Position numbers and translations under genes: made by a program. A model generated the notes under the pieces. It did no database searches. It was not told the origin of the DNA and saw nothing but the letters and a program-made list of their open reading frames with translations. Below, in pieces: positions 40,965 to 51,003 of a stretch of 64,000 bases of DNA. Position 1 is the stretch's first letter. The number at the start of each line of letters is the position of its first letter. This stretch comes from Nitrospirota bacterium (lineage in GTDB: Bacteria > Nitrospirota > UBA9217), in contig JAYTJE010000024.1 of NCBI GenBank assembly GCA_043731355.1, forward strand, positions 421-64,420, in the 5' to 3' direction.

Positions 40965-41026
40965 GTTTTGCTGGTTTATGCTTGTTGCTTGAACTACATC
41001 GATGCTATTTTACTCCACAATCAAAA
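40965..41026. repeat. Partial, degenerate third copy of the 140-bp island repeat (middle section only) immediately downstream of the trpB stop
   Basis: ~70% identity to the central part of copies A and B. Confidence 0.5.
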
Positions 41027-41037
41027 ATCCGCATTAG

Positions 41038-42228
41038 TTACAACTCCACTCCCTTGATCTTAGCCACCTGCATCACGTCCTTGTCCCCGCGTCCCGAAAG
41101 ATTGCAGATGATCACTTTGTCTTTCCCGAGGGTCGGCGCAAGCTTCAGGCAATAAGCAACCGCATGGGCGCTCTCGAGCGCGGGGATAATGCCTTCGAGG
41201 CGCGACAGGAGGTCGAACGCCTCAAGGGCCTCTTCATCGACGGCATAGGTGTATTCCACGCGGCCGGTGTCGTGATACAGCGCATGCTCCGGTCCTACCG
41301 CGGCGTAGTCCAGCCCGGCGGACACGGAATGGGTCAGCTCGATCTGGCCGTGTTCGTCCTGCAGCACGAAGGTCTTGCAGCCCTGGAGCACCCCGAGGGA
41401 GCCGCCGGCGAAGCGCGCCGCGTGTTTGCCGCGCTCAATGCCGAGGCCGCCCGCCTCGACGCCGTACATCTTTACCCCGGCGTCTTCGAGGAACTCGGAG
41501 AACAGGCCGATAGCGTTCGAGCCGCCGCCCACACAGGCGACCAGCGCGTCAGGCAGCCGGCCTTCAAGTTTCAGGATCTGCTTCTTCGCCTCGCGGCCGA
41601 TCACGGACTGGAAGTCCCGCACCATCATGGGAAAGGGATGGGGCCCGAAGGCCGTGCCGAGCACGTAATGGGTGTTCGCCACGTTCGTGATCCAGTCGCG
41701 CATGGCCTCGTTGATGGCGTCCTTCAAGGTCTTGCTGCCGAGATCGACGGGCCGGACGATCGTGCCGAGGAGTTTCATACGAAAGACGTTCAAGGACTGG
41801 CGCGCCACATCATCGGTGCCCATGTATACTTCGCAATCAAGGCCGAACATGGCGGCTGCCGTGGCAGTCGCAACGCCGTGCTGCCCCGCGCCGGTCTCGG
41901 CGATCACCCGGGTCTTGCCCATGCGCTTCGCCAGCAGCACCTGGGCCAGGGAATTGTTGATCTTGTGCGCGCCGGTATGGGCGAGGTCTTCGCGCTTGAG
42001 GTAGATCTTCGCGCCGCCAAGATGGTCGCTCAGTCGTTTGGCATAATAGAGGGGCGTTGGACGTCCGACGAACTCCCGGAAGTAATAATCGAGCTCGGCC
42101 TGGAAAGCCTTGTCTTTCCTCGCCGCGAGATAGGCTGTTTCCAGTTCAGCTAAAGCCGGCATTAGCGTCTCGGGAGCGAACTTCCCGCCGTAGACGCCGA
42201 AATGTCCCTTTTTATCCGGGATACTCAT
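41038..42228 (-). CDS. trpB: Tryptophan synthase beta chain
   Basis: PLP-binding region HTGAHKINN, 396 aa. Confidence 0.95.
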   Translation of the reverse strand: MSIPDKKGHFGVYGGKFAPETLMPALAELETAYLAARKDKAFQAELDYYFREFVGRPTPLYYAKRLSDHLGGAKIYLKREDLAHTGAHKINNSLAQVLLAKRMGKTRVIAETGAGQHGVATATAAAMFGLDCEVYMGTDDVARQSLNVFRMKLLGTIVRPVDLGSKTLKDAINEAMRDWITNVANTHYVLGTAFGPHPFPMMVRDFQSVIGREAKKQILKLEGRLPDALVACVGGGSNAIGLFSEFLEDAGVKMYGVEAGGLGIERGKHAARFAGGSLGVLQGCKTFVLQDEHGQIELTHSVSAGLDYAAVGPEHALYHDTGRVEYTYAVDEEALEAFDLLSRLEGIIPALESAHAVAYCLKLAPTLGKDKVIICNLSGRGDKDVMQVAKIKGVEL

Positions 42229-42845
42229 GGTCGCGATACCCTCCGAACCTCGGTAATGAACTTCTTGAGCTTGGCATGGTCCTTAATGCCCTTTTCCCGC
42301 TCAACACCGCCGGCAACATCGACACCGTAAGGTTGAACGAGCTTCACTGCTTCGGCCACATTCTCCGGCGTGAGCCCCCCTGCCAGAATCACCCTGCCAA
42401 AGGTTTTTGCCACCACGGCCAAATGCCAGTCAAAAGTCGTGCCGGTGCCGCCGCGCACTCCGTCCTTATAGCTGTCCAGGAGGAAGGCGCCGACGTGAAA
42501 GTGCGCCATGTGCTTGATGCTCTCTTTGTCCTTGACCTGAAAGGCCTTAATCACGCGGGTTGCAAAGCGATCGCAAAACTCCGGGCGCTCATCGCCATGG
42601 AGTTGCAGCACCTTGATGCCGGTCGTGAACTGAATGTCCCGGATCTTTTCCTCGCGCTCGTTCACGAAAATGGCGACCGGCGTAATAAAAGGAGGCAGCT
42701 GGCGGATGATCTCGGCGGCCTTCCCGGGATCCACGTAGCGGAGGCTTTTCTTGTAGAAAATGAACCCCAGCGCATCGGCGCCGTTTTCGGCGGCCGCCAG
42801 CGCATCGTCCAGATTCGTGATACCGCAGATCTTGATCTTGATCAT
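42225..42845 (-). CDS. trpF: Phosphoribosylanthranilate isomerase
   Basis: [12 protein letters not shown]-terminus, TIM barrel; operon context. Confidence 0.85.
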   Translation of the reverse strand: MIKIKICGITNLDDALAAAENGADALGFIFYKKSLRYVDPGKAAEIIRQLPPFITPVAIFVNEREEKIRDIQFTTGIKVLQLHGDERPEFCDRFATRVIKAFQVKDKESIKHMAHFHVGAFLLDSYKDGVRGGTGTTFDWHLAVVAKTFGRVILAGGLTPENVAEAVKLVQPYGVDVAGGVEREKGIKDHAKLKKFITEVRRVSRP

Positions 42846-42869
42846 AGATAACCCTTCTTTCGCCAAATC

Positions 42870-43646
42870 TTACGTTCCCAGCAACTCTTTCACCTTTTTC
42901 CCGATATCCTGTTCCCGCATCAGGCTCTCGCCGACCAGGATTGCGTCCACTCCGGCCTTTTCGAGCATCACCACATCGTCCCGCGTCCTGATCCCGCTTT
43001 CGCTCACCACCACGCGGTCATCGGGAATGTCCTTCAACAGGTCCAGAGTCGTCTGCAAGGTCACCTCGAAGGTCATGAGGTTCCGATTGTTGATGCCCAC
43101 GAGCACAGCGCCTGCCTGCAATGACTTATCCAGTTCCTTGTACGTATGCGACTCCACCAGCGCGTCAAGTCCCAGTCCGGCTGCGATGCCGAGGTAGTCC
43201 TGCATCTGGCCCCGCTCCAGGCAGGCCGCGATCAGCAGAATGGCGTCCGCCCCGAACGCTCGCGCTTCGTGGATCTGGTACTCTTCAATGATAAAGTCCT
43301 TCCTGAGCAGCGGAATATCCACGTGCTGTCTGATCCGGTCGAGGTAAGCCAGGTCTCCCTGAAAGAATTGTTTTTCCGTGAGGACCGAGAGGCAGGCGGC
43401 GCCGGACTCCTGATAAACGTCAGCGATTTTATCCGGGTCGAAGTCCTCGCGGATCACACCCTTGGACGGCGAAGCTTTCTTCACCTCGGCAATGAGCCGG
43501 ATGCCCGTACCCTGAGCAAGCGCCCTGCCGAATCCCCGCGTGGGAGCTGAATCAGCCGTCCGCTGTTTTATCTCGCTGAGCGGCGTTCTGCGCTTCGTTT
43601 CAGCCAGCTCTTCTTTTTTATATGTGATGATATCGTCTAAGATCAT
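42870..43646 (-). CDS. trpC: Indole-3-glycerol phosphate synthase
   Basis: IAEVKKASPSKG and LRKDFII motifs. Confidence 0.9.
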   Translation of the reverse strand: MILDDIITYKKEELAETKRRTPLSEIKQRTADSAPTRGFGRALAQGTGIRLIAEVKKASPSKGVIREDFDPDKIADVYQESGAACLSVLTEKQFFQGDLAYLDRIRQHVDIPLLRKDFIIEEYQIHEARAFGADAILLIAACLERGQMQDYLGIAAGLGLDALVESHTYKELDKSLQAGAVLVGINNRNLMTFEVTLQTTLDLLKDIPDDRVVVSESGIRTRDDVVMLEKAGVDAILVGESLMREQDIGKKVKELLGT

Positions 43647-43711
43647 AATAGGGTCCGGGGTCCGGGCTGCAGAAAGTTACCTGGATCCTGACGCCTGAAC
43701 CCTGTCCACTT

Positions 43712-44722
43712 TTATTTATTCGTGAACGTCTTCAACTCTTCCAGTTTTTTCATCGCCGCGCCGGAGTCGATGGATTCGGCTGCAATGGCGACCCCGGATT
43801 TGATGTCCGCGGCTTTGCCCGAGGCGGCCAGTCCCGCGGCCGCATTCAGGACCACGATATCCCGCCGCGGCCCCTTCTGTCCCTTCAGGATATCCACGGT
43901 GATCGCCGCATTCTCCTTCGCGTCGCCGCCCTTCAGGTCTTCTTTCCTCCCCGTGGCAAAGCCGAAATCCGTCGGATGGATGAAGTAGTCCTTCACCGCG
44001 TTGTTTTGAAACTCCGAGACCTTGGTGCGGTCCGTGATCGTGACCTCGTCCAGACCGTCCAGGCCGTGCACCACAAAGGCATGCTGTGCGCCGAGCTTGC
44101 CGAGCACCTGGGCCAGCGGCCCGGTCAAAGCTGCGTCGTATACTCCCATGATCTGAGCGGTCACCTTTGCCGGATTGGTGAGCGGCCCGAGGATGTTGAA
44201 GATGGTCCGGATACCAATCTCGCGACGCGGCCCGATGGCGTACTTCATGGCGAGGTGCATCATGGGCGCGAACAGGAAGCCGATCCCGACATCCTGTATA
44301 CACGCCTCGGCACGATGAGCGGGGATCTCGATGTTCACTCCCAGCGCCTGCAACACGTCGGCGCTGCCGCTCTTGCTCGACACCGAACGGTTGCCGTGCT
44401 TCGCCACGGTCACACCCGCGCCGGCCACGACGAAAGCAACGGTCGTAGAGATGTTGAACGTGTGGGCCATGTCGCCGCCGGTGCCGCAGGTGTCAACCTG
44501 ATACCGCGCGTCGAGCTTGATCGGAACCGCCTTTTCGCGCATGACCCGGGCGGAACCCGTGATCTCCTCGACGGTTTCGCCCTTCATCCGGAGCGCGGTG
44601 ATATAGGCGGCGATCTGGGCGTCCGTGGCCTCACCCTGCATGATCTCGCGCATCACCGCCTCCGCCTCGGCCTCGGTGAGATTTGTTCTTGTCACGACTT
44701 TTGCAATGGCTTCTTTGATCAT
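43712..44722 (-). CDS. trpD: Anthranilate phosphoribosyltransferase
   Basis: GTGGD and [15 protein letters not shown] motifs. Confidence 0.9.
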   Translation of the reverse strand: MIKEAIAKVVTRTNLTEAEAEAVMREIMQGEATDAQIAAYITALRMKGETVEEITGSARVMREKAVPIKLDARYQVDTCGTGGDMAHTFNISTTVAFVVAGAGVTVAKHGNRSVSSKSGSADVLQALGVNIEIPAHRAEACIQDVGIGFLFAPMMHLAMKYAIGPRREIGIRTIFNILGPLTNPAKVTAQIMGVYDAALTGPLAQVLGKLGAQHAFVVHGLDGLDEVTITDRTKVSEFQNNAVKDYFIHPTDFGFATGRKEDLKGGDAKENAAITVDILKGQKGPRRDIVVLNAAAGLAASGKAADIKSGVAIAAESIDSGAAMKKLEELKTFTNK

Positions 44723-44736
44723 AAGGACCTCTTTGC

Positions 44737-44838
44737 CGCAGATTTTCGCAGATGAACGCAGATCACGACAGAATCATTAGTCTTAAACCGTCTTTATCCG
44801 CGTGTGCGGCAAAGCCGCACCTGCGTTCATCTGCGGCC
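44737..44838. repeat. Structured trpG-trpD intergenic element: 3x CGCAGAT at 10-bp phasing, perfect 15-bp inverted repeat CGCAGATGAACGCAG/CTGCGTTCATCTGCG, and hairpin GTGCGGC-aaa-GCCGCAC
   Basis: Read directly from sequence. Confidence 0.7.
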
Positions 44839-44843
44839 AATGA

Positions 44844-45407
<564 letters not shown>

Positions 45408-45512
45408 AACTAAACCTCTAAATCAGTTCAACGTTCAAGGTAAACATTTACGCGAACTACGTTTTATTGCTGCCTGAACATTGAACCTCGAACTCTGAAC
45501 ATTGAACTATCT

Positions 45513-47042
45513 TCAATCCAAACCCTTTTCCGCCATTTCCACAGCGCGCATCATGGCCTTGGCCTTGTTCACGGTCTCCTGGTACTCTGCCGCAGGATCG
45601 CTGTCCGCCACCACACCGCCGCCTGCCTGGATGTAGGCCGTATTGTCCTTGATCACGAGCGTCCTGATCGTGATGCAGGTGTCCATATTGCCTGAGAAGC
45701 CGAAGTAGCCGACCGCGCCCGCATAGGGGCCGCGCTTCGTCGGTTCCAGTTCGTCGATGATCTGCATGGCGCGGATCTTGGGCGCCCCGGAAACGGTGCC
45801 CGCGGGAAAGCAGGCGCGGATCACGTCATAGGAGTCCTTGCCCGGTGACAGTTTCCCGCGCACATTCGAGACGATATGCATCACGTGGGAATACCGTTCG
45901 ACCACCATCAGTTCGGAAACGGAAACGCTGCCCGGCTCGCTCACGCGGCCCACGTCGTTCCTGCCGAGGTCCACCAGCATGATATGCTCGGCCCGCTCCT
46001 TGGGGTCGGCAAGCAGCTCCCCGGCAAGCGCCTGGTCCTCTTCCTCGGTCGCTCCGCGTTTGCGTGTGCCTGCAATGGGCCTGAGGTCGATCCTGCCCTC
46101 CTCGAGCCTGACCATGACCTCGGGCGATGCGCCCACGACCGTCGCATTGCCGCAGCGCAGAAAATACATGTAGGGCGAGGGATTGATGAGCCGCAGCGCG
46201 CGATAGATCTCATAGGGCTCGACGCTTATCTTTGTCTGGAACCGCTGGGACGGCACAACTTGAAAGATGTCGCCCGCCTTGATATATTCCTTCGCCTTCA
46301 GCACCGCCTGCTCGTACTGCGGCTGGGTGAAGTTAGAGGTAAGAAGATGTGTCTTTGTTTTGTCTTTCCCCTTGCCCCTGGACCCAGGACCCTGGACCCC
46401 GGCCTTGATTTTTTTAACCAGCCGGTGGATCTTCGCAACCGCCTCTTTGTACGCAGCCTCGGCTGAACGGCCTTTTACATGCGCGTTAGACACGACCTTC
46501 AGCTTGTGCGTCACATTGTCAAAGATCACGAGCGTATCGGTGATCATGAAGAAGATATCGGGAAGGTCCAGCCCTTCTTTCGGTCTGGCCGGCAGGTCCT
46601 CGAAATAATTGACCACATCGTATCCCATGAACCCCACGGCTCCGCCGAAAAAACGCGGCAGCGACGGGTCGGGCACAGGCTGGTATTCGGCAAGCAGCGT
46701 CTTGACCGCTTCAAGCGGGTCGCGGTCAAACTGCGTCTTATGCTTTTTGCCGGCACGGGTGATTTCCACGACCCGGCCGGAGCTTTTGACAATGACCGAG
46801 GGCCGGCTGCCGAGAAAGGAATAGCGTGCCCACTTCTCTCCCCCTTCCATACTTTCGAGAAGAAAGGAATGACGGCCGTCGTCGATCTTCAGGAAGGCCG
46901 ACACCGGGGTCTCCATGTCAGCGAGGATCTCGCGATAGACCGGGATCAGGTTGCCTTTTTTCGCCCGTTGCTTAAATTGTTCAAGAGAAGGCTGTATCAT
47001 AAAATGCCGCATAACTCCTTGCAAAATGAAAGGTTTAAGCAC
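45513..47042 (-). CDS. trpE: Anthranilate synthase component I (exact start uncertain), with in-frame low-complexity insert GVQGPGSRGKGKDKTKT
   Basis: Chorismate-binding C-terminal domain; LLESxxxG N-terminal region. Confidence 0.85.
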   Translation of the reverse strand: MLKPFILQGVMRHFMIQPSLEQFKQRAKKGNLIPVYREILADMETPVSAFLKIDDGRHSFLLESMEGGEKWARYSFLGSRPSVIVKSSGRVVEITRAGKKHKTQFDRDPLEAVKTLLAEYQPVPDPSLPRFFGGAVGFMGYDVVNYFEDLPARPKEGLDLPDIFFMITDTLVIFDNVTHKLKVVSNAHVKGRSAEAAYKEAVAKIHRLVKKIKAGVQGPGSRGKGKDKTKTHLLTSNFTQPQYEQAVLKAKEYIKAGDIFQVVPSQRFQTKISVEPYEIYRALRLINPSPYMYFLRCGNATVVGASPEVMVRLEEGRIDLRPIAGTRKRGATEEEDQALAGELLADPKERAEHIMLVDLGRNDVGRVSEPGSVSVSELMVVERYSHVMHIVSNVRGKLSPGKDSYDVIRACFPAGTVSGAPKIRAMQIIDELEPTKRGPYAGAVGYFGFSGNMDTCITIRTLVIKDNTAYIQAGGGVVADSDPAAEYQETVNKAKAMMRAVEMAEKGLD

Positions 47043-47289
47043 TATATCAGATAATGAAAAGAGGTGTCAATCAGAAAGACGGGACAGGAAGCAGGCAGAC
47101 GGAAATCAAGATTCGACCCGGTTCAATATTCCGGTCTGCATTTTGATGAAGCAGTAAAAAAATTACGATCAACCGCGAAGCTGAGTCGCTGAGAAAAAAC
47201 TTGTCCATCAACAGGTTTTCTCGGCGACCTCCGCGGCTCTGCGGTTAAAGTTGATTGAGAGCTCGCTCCTCATGCAAAACCGGCGTCAG

Positions 47290-49185
47290 CTATATATCCA
47301 GCTCCGCATAGGACGCCCGCTCCTGAATGAACGTGAACCGCGCCTTCGGGTCCTTGCCCATGAGCCGCTCGAACACATCACCGGTTGCTTTATGGTCCAG
47401 CACCTGCACCCGCATGAGGGTCCGGGTCTTGGGATTCATGGTCGTCGCCTTCAGGGTCTCCGGGTTCATTTCGCCCAGACCTTTAAAGCGGCCCACATCA
47501 TATTTCCTGTTGTTCAGCTTCGTAATGATCTTGTCCTTTTCCATTTCATCCATGGCATAGAAGACGTCCTTGCCCGCCTCGATCTTGAAAAGCGGCGGCA
47601 TGGCAAGATACACATGTCCATGGGCGATCAGTTCCGGCATGTACCGGTAGAGCAGGGTCAGGAGCAGCACACTGATGTGCGCGCCGTCCACGTCGGCGTC
47701 GGTCATGATGATCACCCGGTTGTACCGGAGCTTATTGAGTTCAAAATGTTCTCCCACGCCGCAGCCGAGCGTGGAGATCAGGTTCTTGATCTCGTTGTTC
47801 TGCTGGATCCGTTCGAGCGACGCCACCTGTTCCACATTCAGGATCTTGCCGCGGAGCGACAGCACGGCCTGGGTCTTCCGGTCCCGTGCCATTTTGGCGG
47901 AGCCGCCGGCCGATTCCCCTTCCACGATGAAGACCTCGGTCTCGTCAACTTTATTGGAGGAGCAATCGGCAAGTTTGCCCGGCAGGTTCAGTTTGAGCGA
48001 AGACAGTTTCCGGGTGACATTGTCCTTGGCCGCGCGCGACGCCATGCGGGCTTCGGCGGCCAGCAGCACGCGCTTTACCACTGCGTCCGCCATGGTGGGG
48101 TTCCCCAGCAGCCAGGCCTCGCAGGCGTTCTTGACCGAGGCCTCGATGGGCGACAGGATCTCGGGGTTGTTCAACTTCTCCTTGGTCTGGCCCTGGAACT
48201 GCGGGTTCATCACGAGTACGCTCACAATGCCGTAAAGTCCTTCGTACACATCCTCCGATGCGATGGTCTTAATGGTCTTCGGGATAAGGCTTTTGCGTTC
48301 GGCATAGGCGCGCACCGCCTTGGTGAGCCCGGCCCTGACCCCCATTTCGTGCGTCCCGCCGTCGGACGTGTTGATCGAGTTCGCATAGGAATGTATCTCC
48401 GTGTCCGTGGCCGTGGTCCAATGGACGGCGCATTCGATCTTGAAGTCATCCTCTTTCTCGAAATAAAACGGCTCCAGGTTCACGAGCAGCGTCCCGGAGA
48501 CGATCCGCTTGATATAGTCCTGAATGCCGTTGTCGTATTGAAAGGTGACCGGCTTCTCCCCGTCCCGCGCGTTTTCAATGGTGATCTTGAGGCCCTTGTT
48601 CAAAAAAGCCTTGCTTTCGGAGACATCGAGGATGTTCTTGTAGTTAAAACTTGTTTTGGGAAAAATCTCCTGATCGGGCCGGAAATAGATGGACGTGCCG
48701 TGCGCCTTGGTGGGCCTGCCCTTTTTGAGGTTCCCCCTGGGCTTGCCGCGCGAGAACTCCTGGGTCCACTCGAAGCCGTCGCGCTCCACCGTGGCGATAA
48801 AAATCTCCGACAGCGCATTCACCACCGAAGCGCCCACGCCATGGAGCCCGCCCGAGGATTTGTAGGCCGTGTGGTCGAATTTTCCGCCGGCATGGAGCGT
48901 ACAGAGAATCGTTTCAATGGCAGGACGCTTCGTCTTGGGATGCATGTCCACGGGGATGCCCCGGCCGTTGTCCGTAACGGTCACGCCTCCGTCCTTCTCG
49001 AGCCGGAGCGTGATCGCGGTACAGTAGCCGTTCAGCGCTTCGTCCACGGAGTTATCCAGCATTTCCCAGACGAGATGGTGCAGTCCGCGCGCGTCCGTCG
49101 AACCGATATACATGGCCGGCCGCTTGCGGACGGGTTCAAGCCCTTCAAGGACCGTGATATCCTTCGCCGTATAGGTTGTTGCCAA
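47290..49185 (-). CDS. gyrB: Type IIA topoisomerase ATPase subunit B (GyrB/ParE family, short 631-aa form)
   Basis: GHKL ATPase N-terminus, Toprim region (EGDSAGGS); lacks the long proteobacterial GyrB insertion. Confidence 0.8.
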   Translation of the reverse strand: MATTYTAKDITVLEGLEPVRKRPAMYIGSTDARGLHHLVWEMLDNSVDEALNGYCTAITLRLEKDGGVTVTDNGRGIPVDMHPKTKRPAIETILCTLHAGGKFDHTAYKSSGGLHGVGASVVNALSEIFIATVERDGFEWTQEFSRGKPRGNLKKGRPTKAHGTSIYFRPDQEIFPKTSFNYKNILDVSESKAFLNKGLKITIENARDGEKPVTFQYDNGIQDYIKRIVSGTLLVNLEPFYFEKEDDFKIECAVHWTTATDTEIHSYANSINTSDGGTHEMGVRAGLTKAVRAYAERKSLIPKTIKTIASEDVYEGLYGIVSVLVMNPQFQGQTKEKLNNPEILSPIEASVKNACEAWLLGNPTMADAVVKRVLLAAEARMASRAAKDNVTRKLSSLKLNLPGKLADCSSNKVDETEVFIVEGESAGGSAKMARDRKTQAVLSLRGKILNVEQVASLERIQQNNEIKNLISTLGCGVGEHFELNKLRYNRVIIMTDADVDGAHISVLLLTLLYRYMPELIAHGHVYLAMPPLFKIEAGKDVFYAMDEMEKDKIITKLNNRKYDVGRFKGLGEMNPETLKATTMNPKTRTLMRVQVLDHKATGDVFERLMGKDPKARFTFIQERASYAELDI

Positions 49186-49394
49186 AATAAACCCTCCTAA
49201 GCAGATGACAGATATCAGACTGAGAGAAGACAGACAGGTCTGAGTGTTGTTGACTTCTGTCTGTCGTCTGTCTTCTTACTTCTGTCTTCTGACTTTTGCG
49301 GCAGATTATAAATCATGAAGGTGGATAAAGCAATACGAAGTTTTCAGGCAGAGGCCGGTTTCGGGCAGACAAGGCCCTCACTCTGCGCGAGCTC

Positions 49395-49426
49395 AAAAAA
49401 AAGGCCCTTCGGTTGATCGAAGGGCC
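49395..49426 (-). terminator. Rho-independent terminator (minus strand GGCCCTTCG-atcaac-CGAAGGGCC followed by T8)
   Basis: 9-bp perfect stem plus poly-T. Confidence 0.7.
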
Positions 49427-49449
49427 ATGTACTTTGGTTCGCCTGCAAA

Positions 49450-49593
49450 CTAGTGCGCTGCCGGTGCTGCCGTCGTGGTCGCCGTGGAAGTAACCGCGGA
49501 CTCTACTGCGGGCTTCTGGGCCTCCTGCTTCGTGCATCCTGCAAAAGCAAAAGCAAGTACGAGAACAACGATGATTGCCGAGATCTTCTTCAT
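49450..49593 (-). CDS. Unannotated 47-aa lipoprotein (MKKISAIIVVLVLAFAFAGCTKQ...)
   Basis: AGGAGG SD, signal peptide with LAGC lipobox, terminator directly downstream; the longer overlapping track ORF (49313-49621) is in another frame and looks spurious. Confidence 0.45.
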   Translation of the reverse strand: MKKISAIIVVLVLAFAFAGCTKQEAQKPAVESAVTSTATTTAAPAAH

Positions 49594-49871
49594 ATTCATT
49601 CACCCCCCTCCTGTTAAGCAATAATCAAAGCGGTGCGATTATAGTACTTTTCAGCTGTAAATCAAGGGAATTTTGAAATGAACCAAGAAAAAACAGAGAG
49701 GAGGCTGATAATATTCTATCCGGCATAGTTCTCGGCATAAATCAGATATTGACTTATCTGCATAATCATGCGATTATAAACAGAAATATGAATAGAAGGT
49801 CAGGGTCGCGGCAAGAAACGAGCTGGCGGTCCTTCATCATTCATTGTTGCACGATACCAGGGAAAGGCGCC

Positions 49872-50264
49872 ATGAACAGCAGACAAAACCATCTGGAAAA
49901 GCAGGAACTGCTTAAGAAAAACAAGCTTGCGGCCGGCCTGGTGTCTGAACGCTTTCCCGGGGTTTCAGAAATTGTCTTTCGCATGACCTACTACCAGAAG
50001 AGCTCCCAGCCGGTCCTGATGGTGCGTACGCTGAATTTTATTGCCACGGATTTCGCTTATTTTCGCATGGAATGCATGCGGGACGAATGCACCAACGGGG
50101 GCTTTGACCTGACCTCGGTGGTCGCCTCCCTGGTCAGAAGCAAAAAGAAAACAATAAAGGGCAAAATATCCTGCTCCGGCAAGAACGAAACCCTTGCCCC
50201 CAACCATGCGAGCATTGCTTACGAGATAACCATCCAGAGCGATAACGGGAAAAAAGCAAAATAA
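49872..50264 (+). CDS. Hypothetical protein (one of the few plus-strand genes)
   Basis: ORF followed by a strong terminator; start uncertain (MNSRQ or upstream). Confidence 0.35.
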   Translation: MNSRQNHLEKQELLKKNKLAAGLVSERFPGVSEIVFRMTYYQKSSQPVLMVRTLNFIATDFAYFRMECMRDECTNGGFDLTSVVASLVRSKKKTIKGKISCSGKNETLAPNHASIAYEITIQSDNGKKAK

Positions 50265-50284
50265 ACCCATTACCCGAGGCACAC

Positions 50285-50323
50285 AAAAAAGGCTGTCAGA
50301 AACCAACCCTGACAGCCTTTTTC
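50285..50323. terminator. Bidirectional hairpin terminator (A-run GGCTGTCAG-aaaccaacc-CTGACAGCC T-run) between convergent genes
   Basis: 9-bp stem flanked by poly-A and poly-T. Confidence 0.65.
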
Positions 50324-50354
50324 CGTCCTGATCACCATACCTGCACAGAAAGGC

Positions 50355-50969
50355 TTAATTTGCCGCTCCAGGATTCCATTGCCCTCCGCCCTGCTGGTCC
50401 AATGTCACCGATTGCACGATCGACTCGAAGGCTTGGAGGTTCGTGTCGAAATAATGCCGCTTCGGCGCGGAATACAGAATGCTGTAGAACATTCCGTCTT
50501 TCTGAAATCCATACAGCACCTCCTGGTACTCAAGCAGGCCATTGCTGCGGTATGAGTAGACCAGTCTGAACCCGGGGGTCCCGGCAATAGTCGCCGGTTT
50601 GTTTTCAATGACCTTGAGGTTCTTCATCGACTGGTTCAGCTCGAAGTCGCCCAGCACGACCTCGGCCATTTCCTGGGGCATCATGCCGGGAGACAATTTC
50701 TTTTTAGTATGATCGAATTCCGCGGTAATGAGACGTTTTTTGAATACGACCTTGTTCAGGGGAATGCCATCCCGGGTCATCAGCACTATTTTTTCTTTAT
50801 TCTTTCTTCGGCCCCTGAGTTGCTCTTCTTTCGGCACGCTCCATTTGTCCGGGAGTACAAAGGAAAAACCTTCGAGGCTGACTGTTGTTTCTCCGTCAGC
50901 CGCGAAAACGGCGCCATGGGCGGCGATGATACCAGCGAAAACCAGAACAGCGATGACCTTTTTTTTCAT
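50355..50969 (-). CDS. Secreted hypothetical protein
   Basis: Signal peptide MKKKVIAVLVFAGIIAAHGAVFA. Confidence 0.4.
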   Translation of the reverse strand: MKKKVIAVLVFAGIIAAHGAVFAADGETTVSLEGFSFVLPDKWSVPKEEQLRGRRKNKEKIVLMTRDGIPLNKVVFKKRLITAEFDHTKKKLSPGMMPQEMAEVVLGDFELNQSMKNLKVIENKPATIAGTPGFRLVYSYRSNGLLEYQEVLYGFQKDGMFYSILYSAPKRHYFDTNLQAFESIVQSVTLDQQGGGQWNPGAAN

Positions 50970-51003
50970 GGCAATGTCCTCATGCAACTGTTAAAAAATG
51001 AAT

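Noticed and set aside
39103-41026. Integron cassette array with attC sites (TA cassettes each followed by a structured repeat)
   Set aside because: There is no intI integrase or attI/Pc region in the window. The repeats lack recognisable GTTRRRY / RYYYAAC core sites. A caspase gene is atypical cassette cargo. It is kept only as a loose analogy.
47043-47289. Trp leader peptide / attenuator upstream of trpE
   Set aside because: No short ORF with tandem Trp codons and no obvious terminator/antiterminator pair was found. Only a weak sigma70-like promoter (TTGACA-17-ATATAG) at ~47049-47082 could be proposed.
49313-49621. 102-aa track ORF
   Set aside because: Composition looks non-coding. A different frame in the same region encodes a convincing 47-aa lipoprotein with SD, lipobox and terminator (49450-49593), which is preferred.
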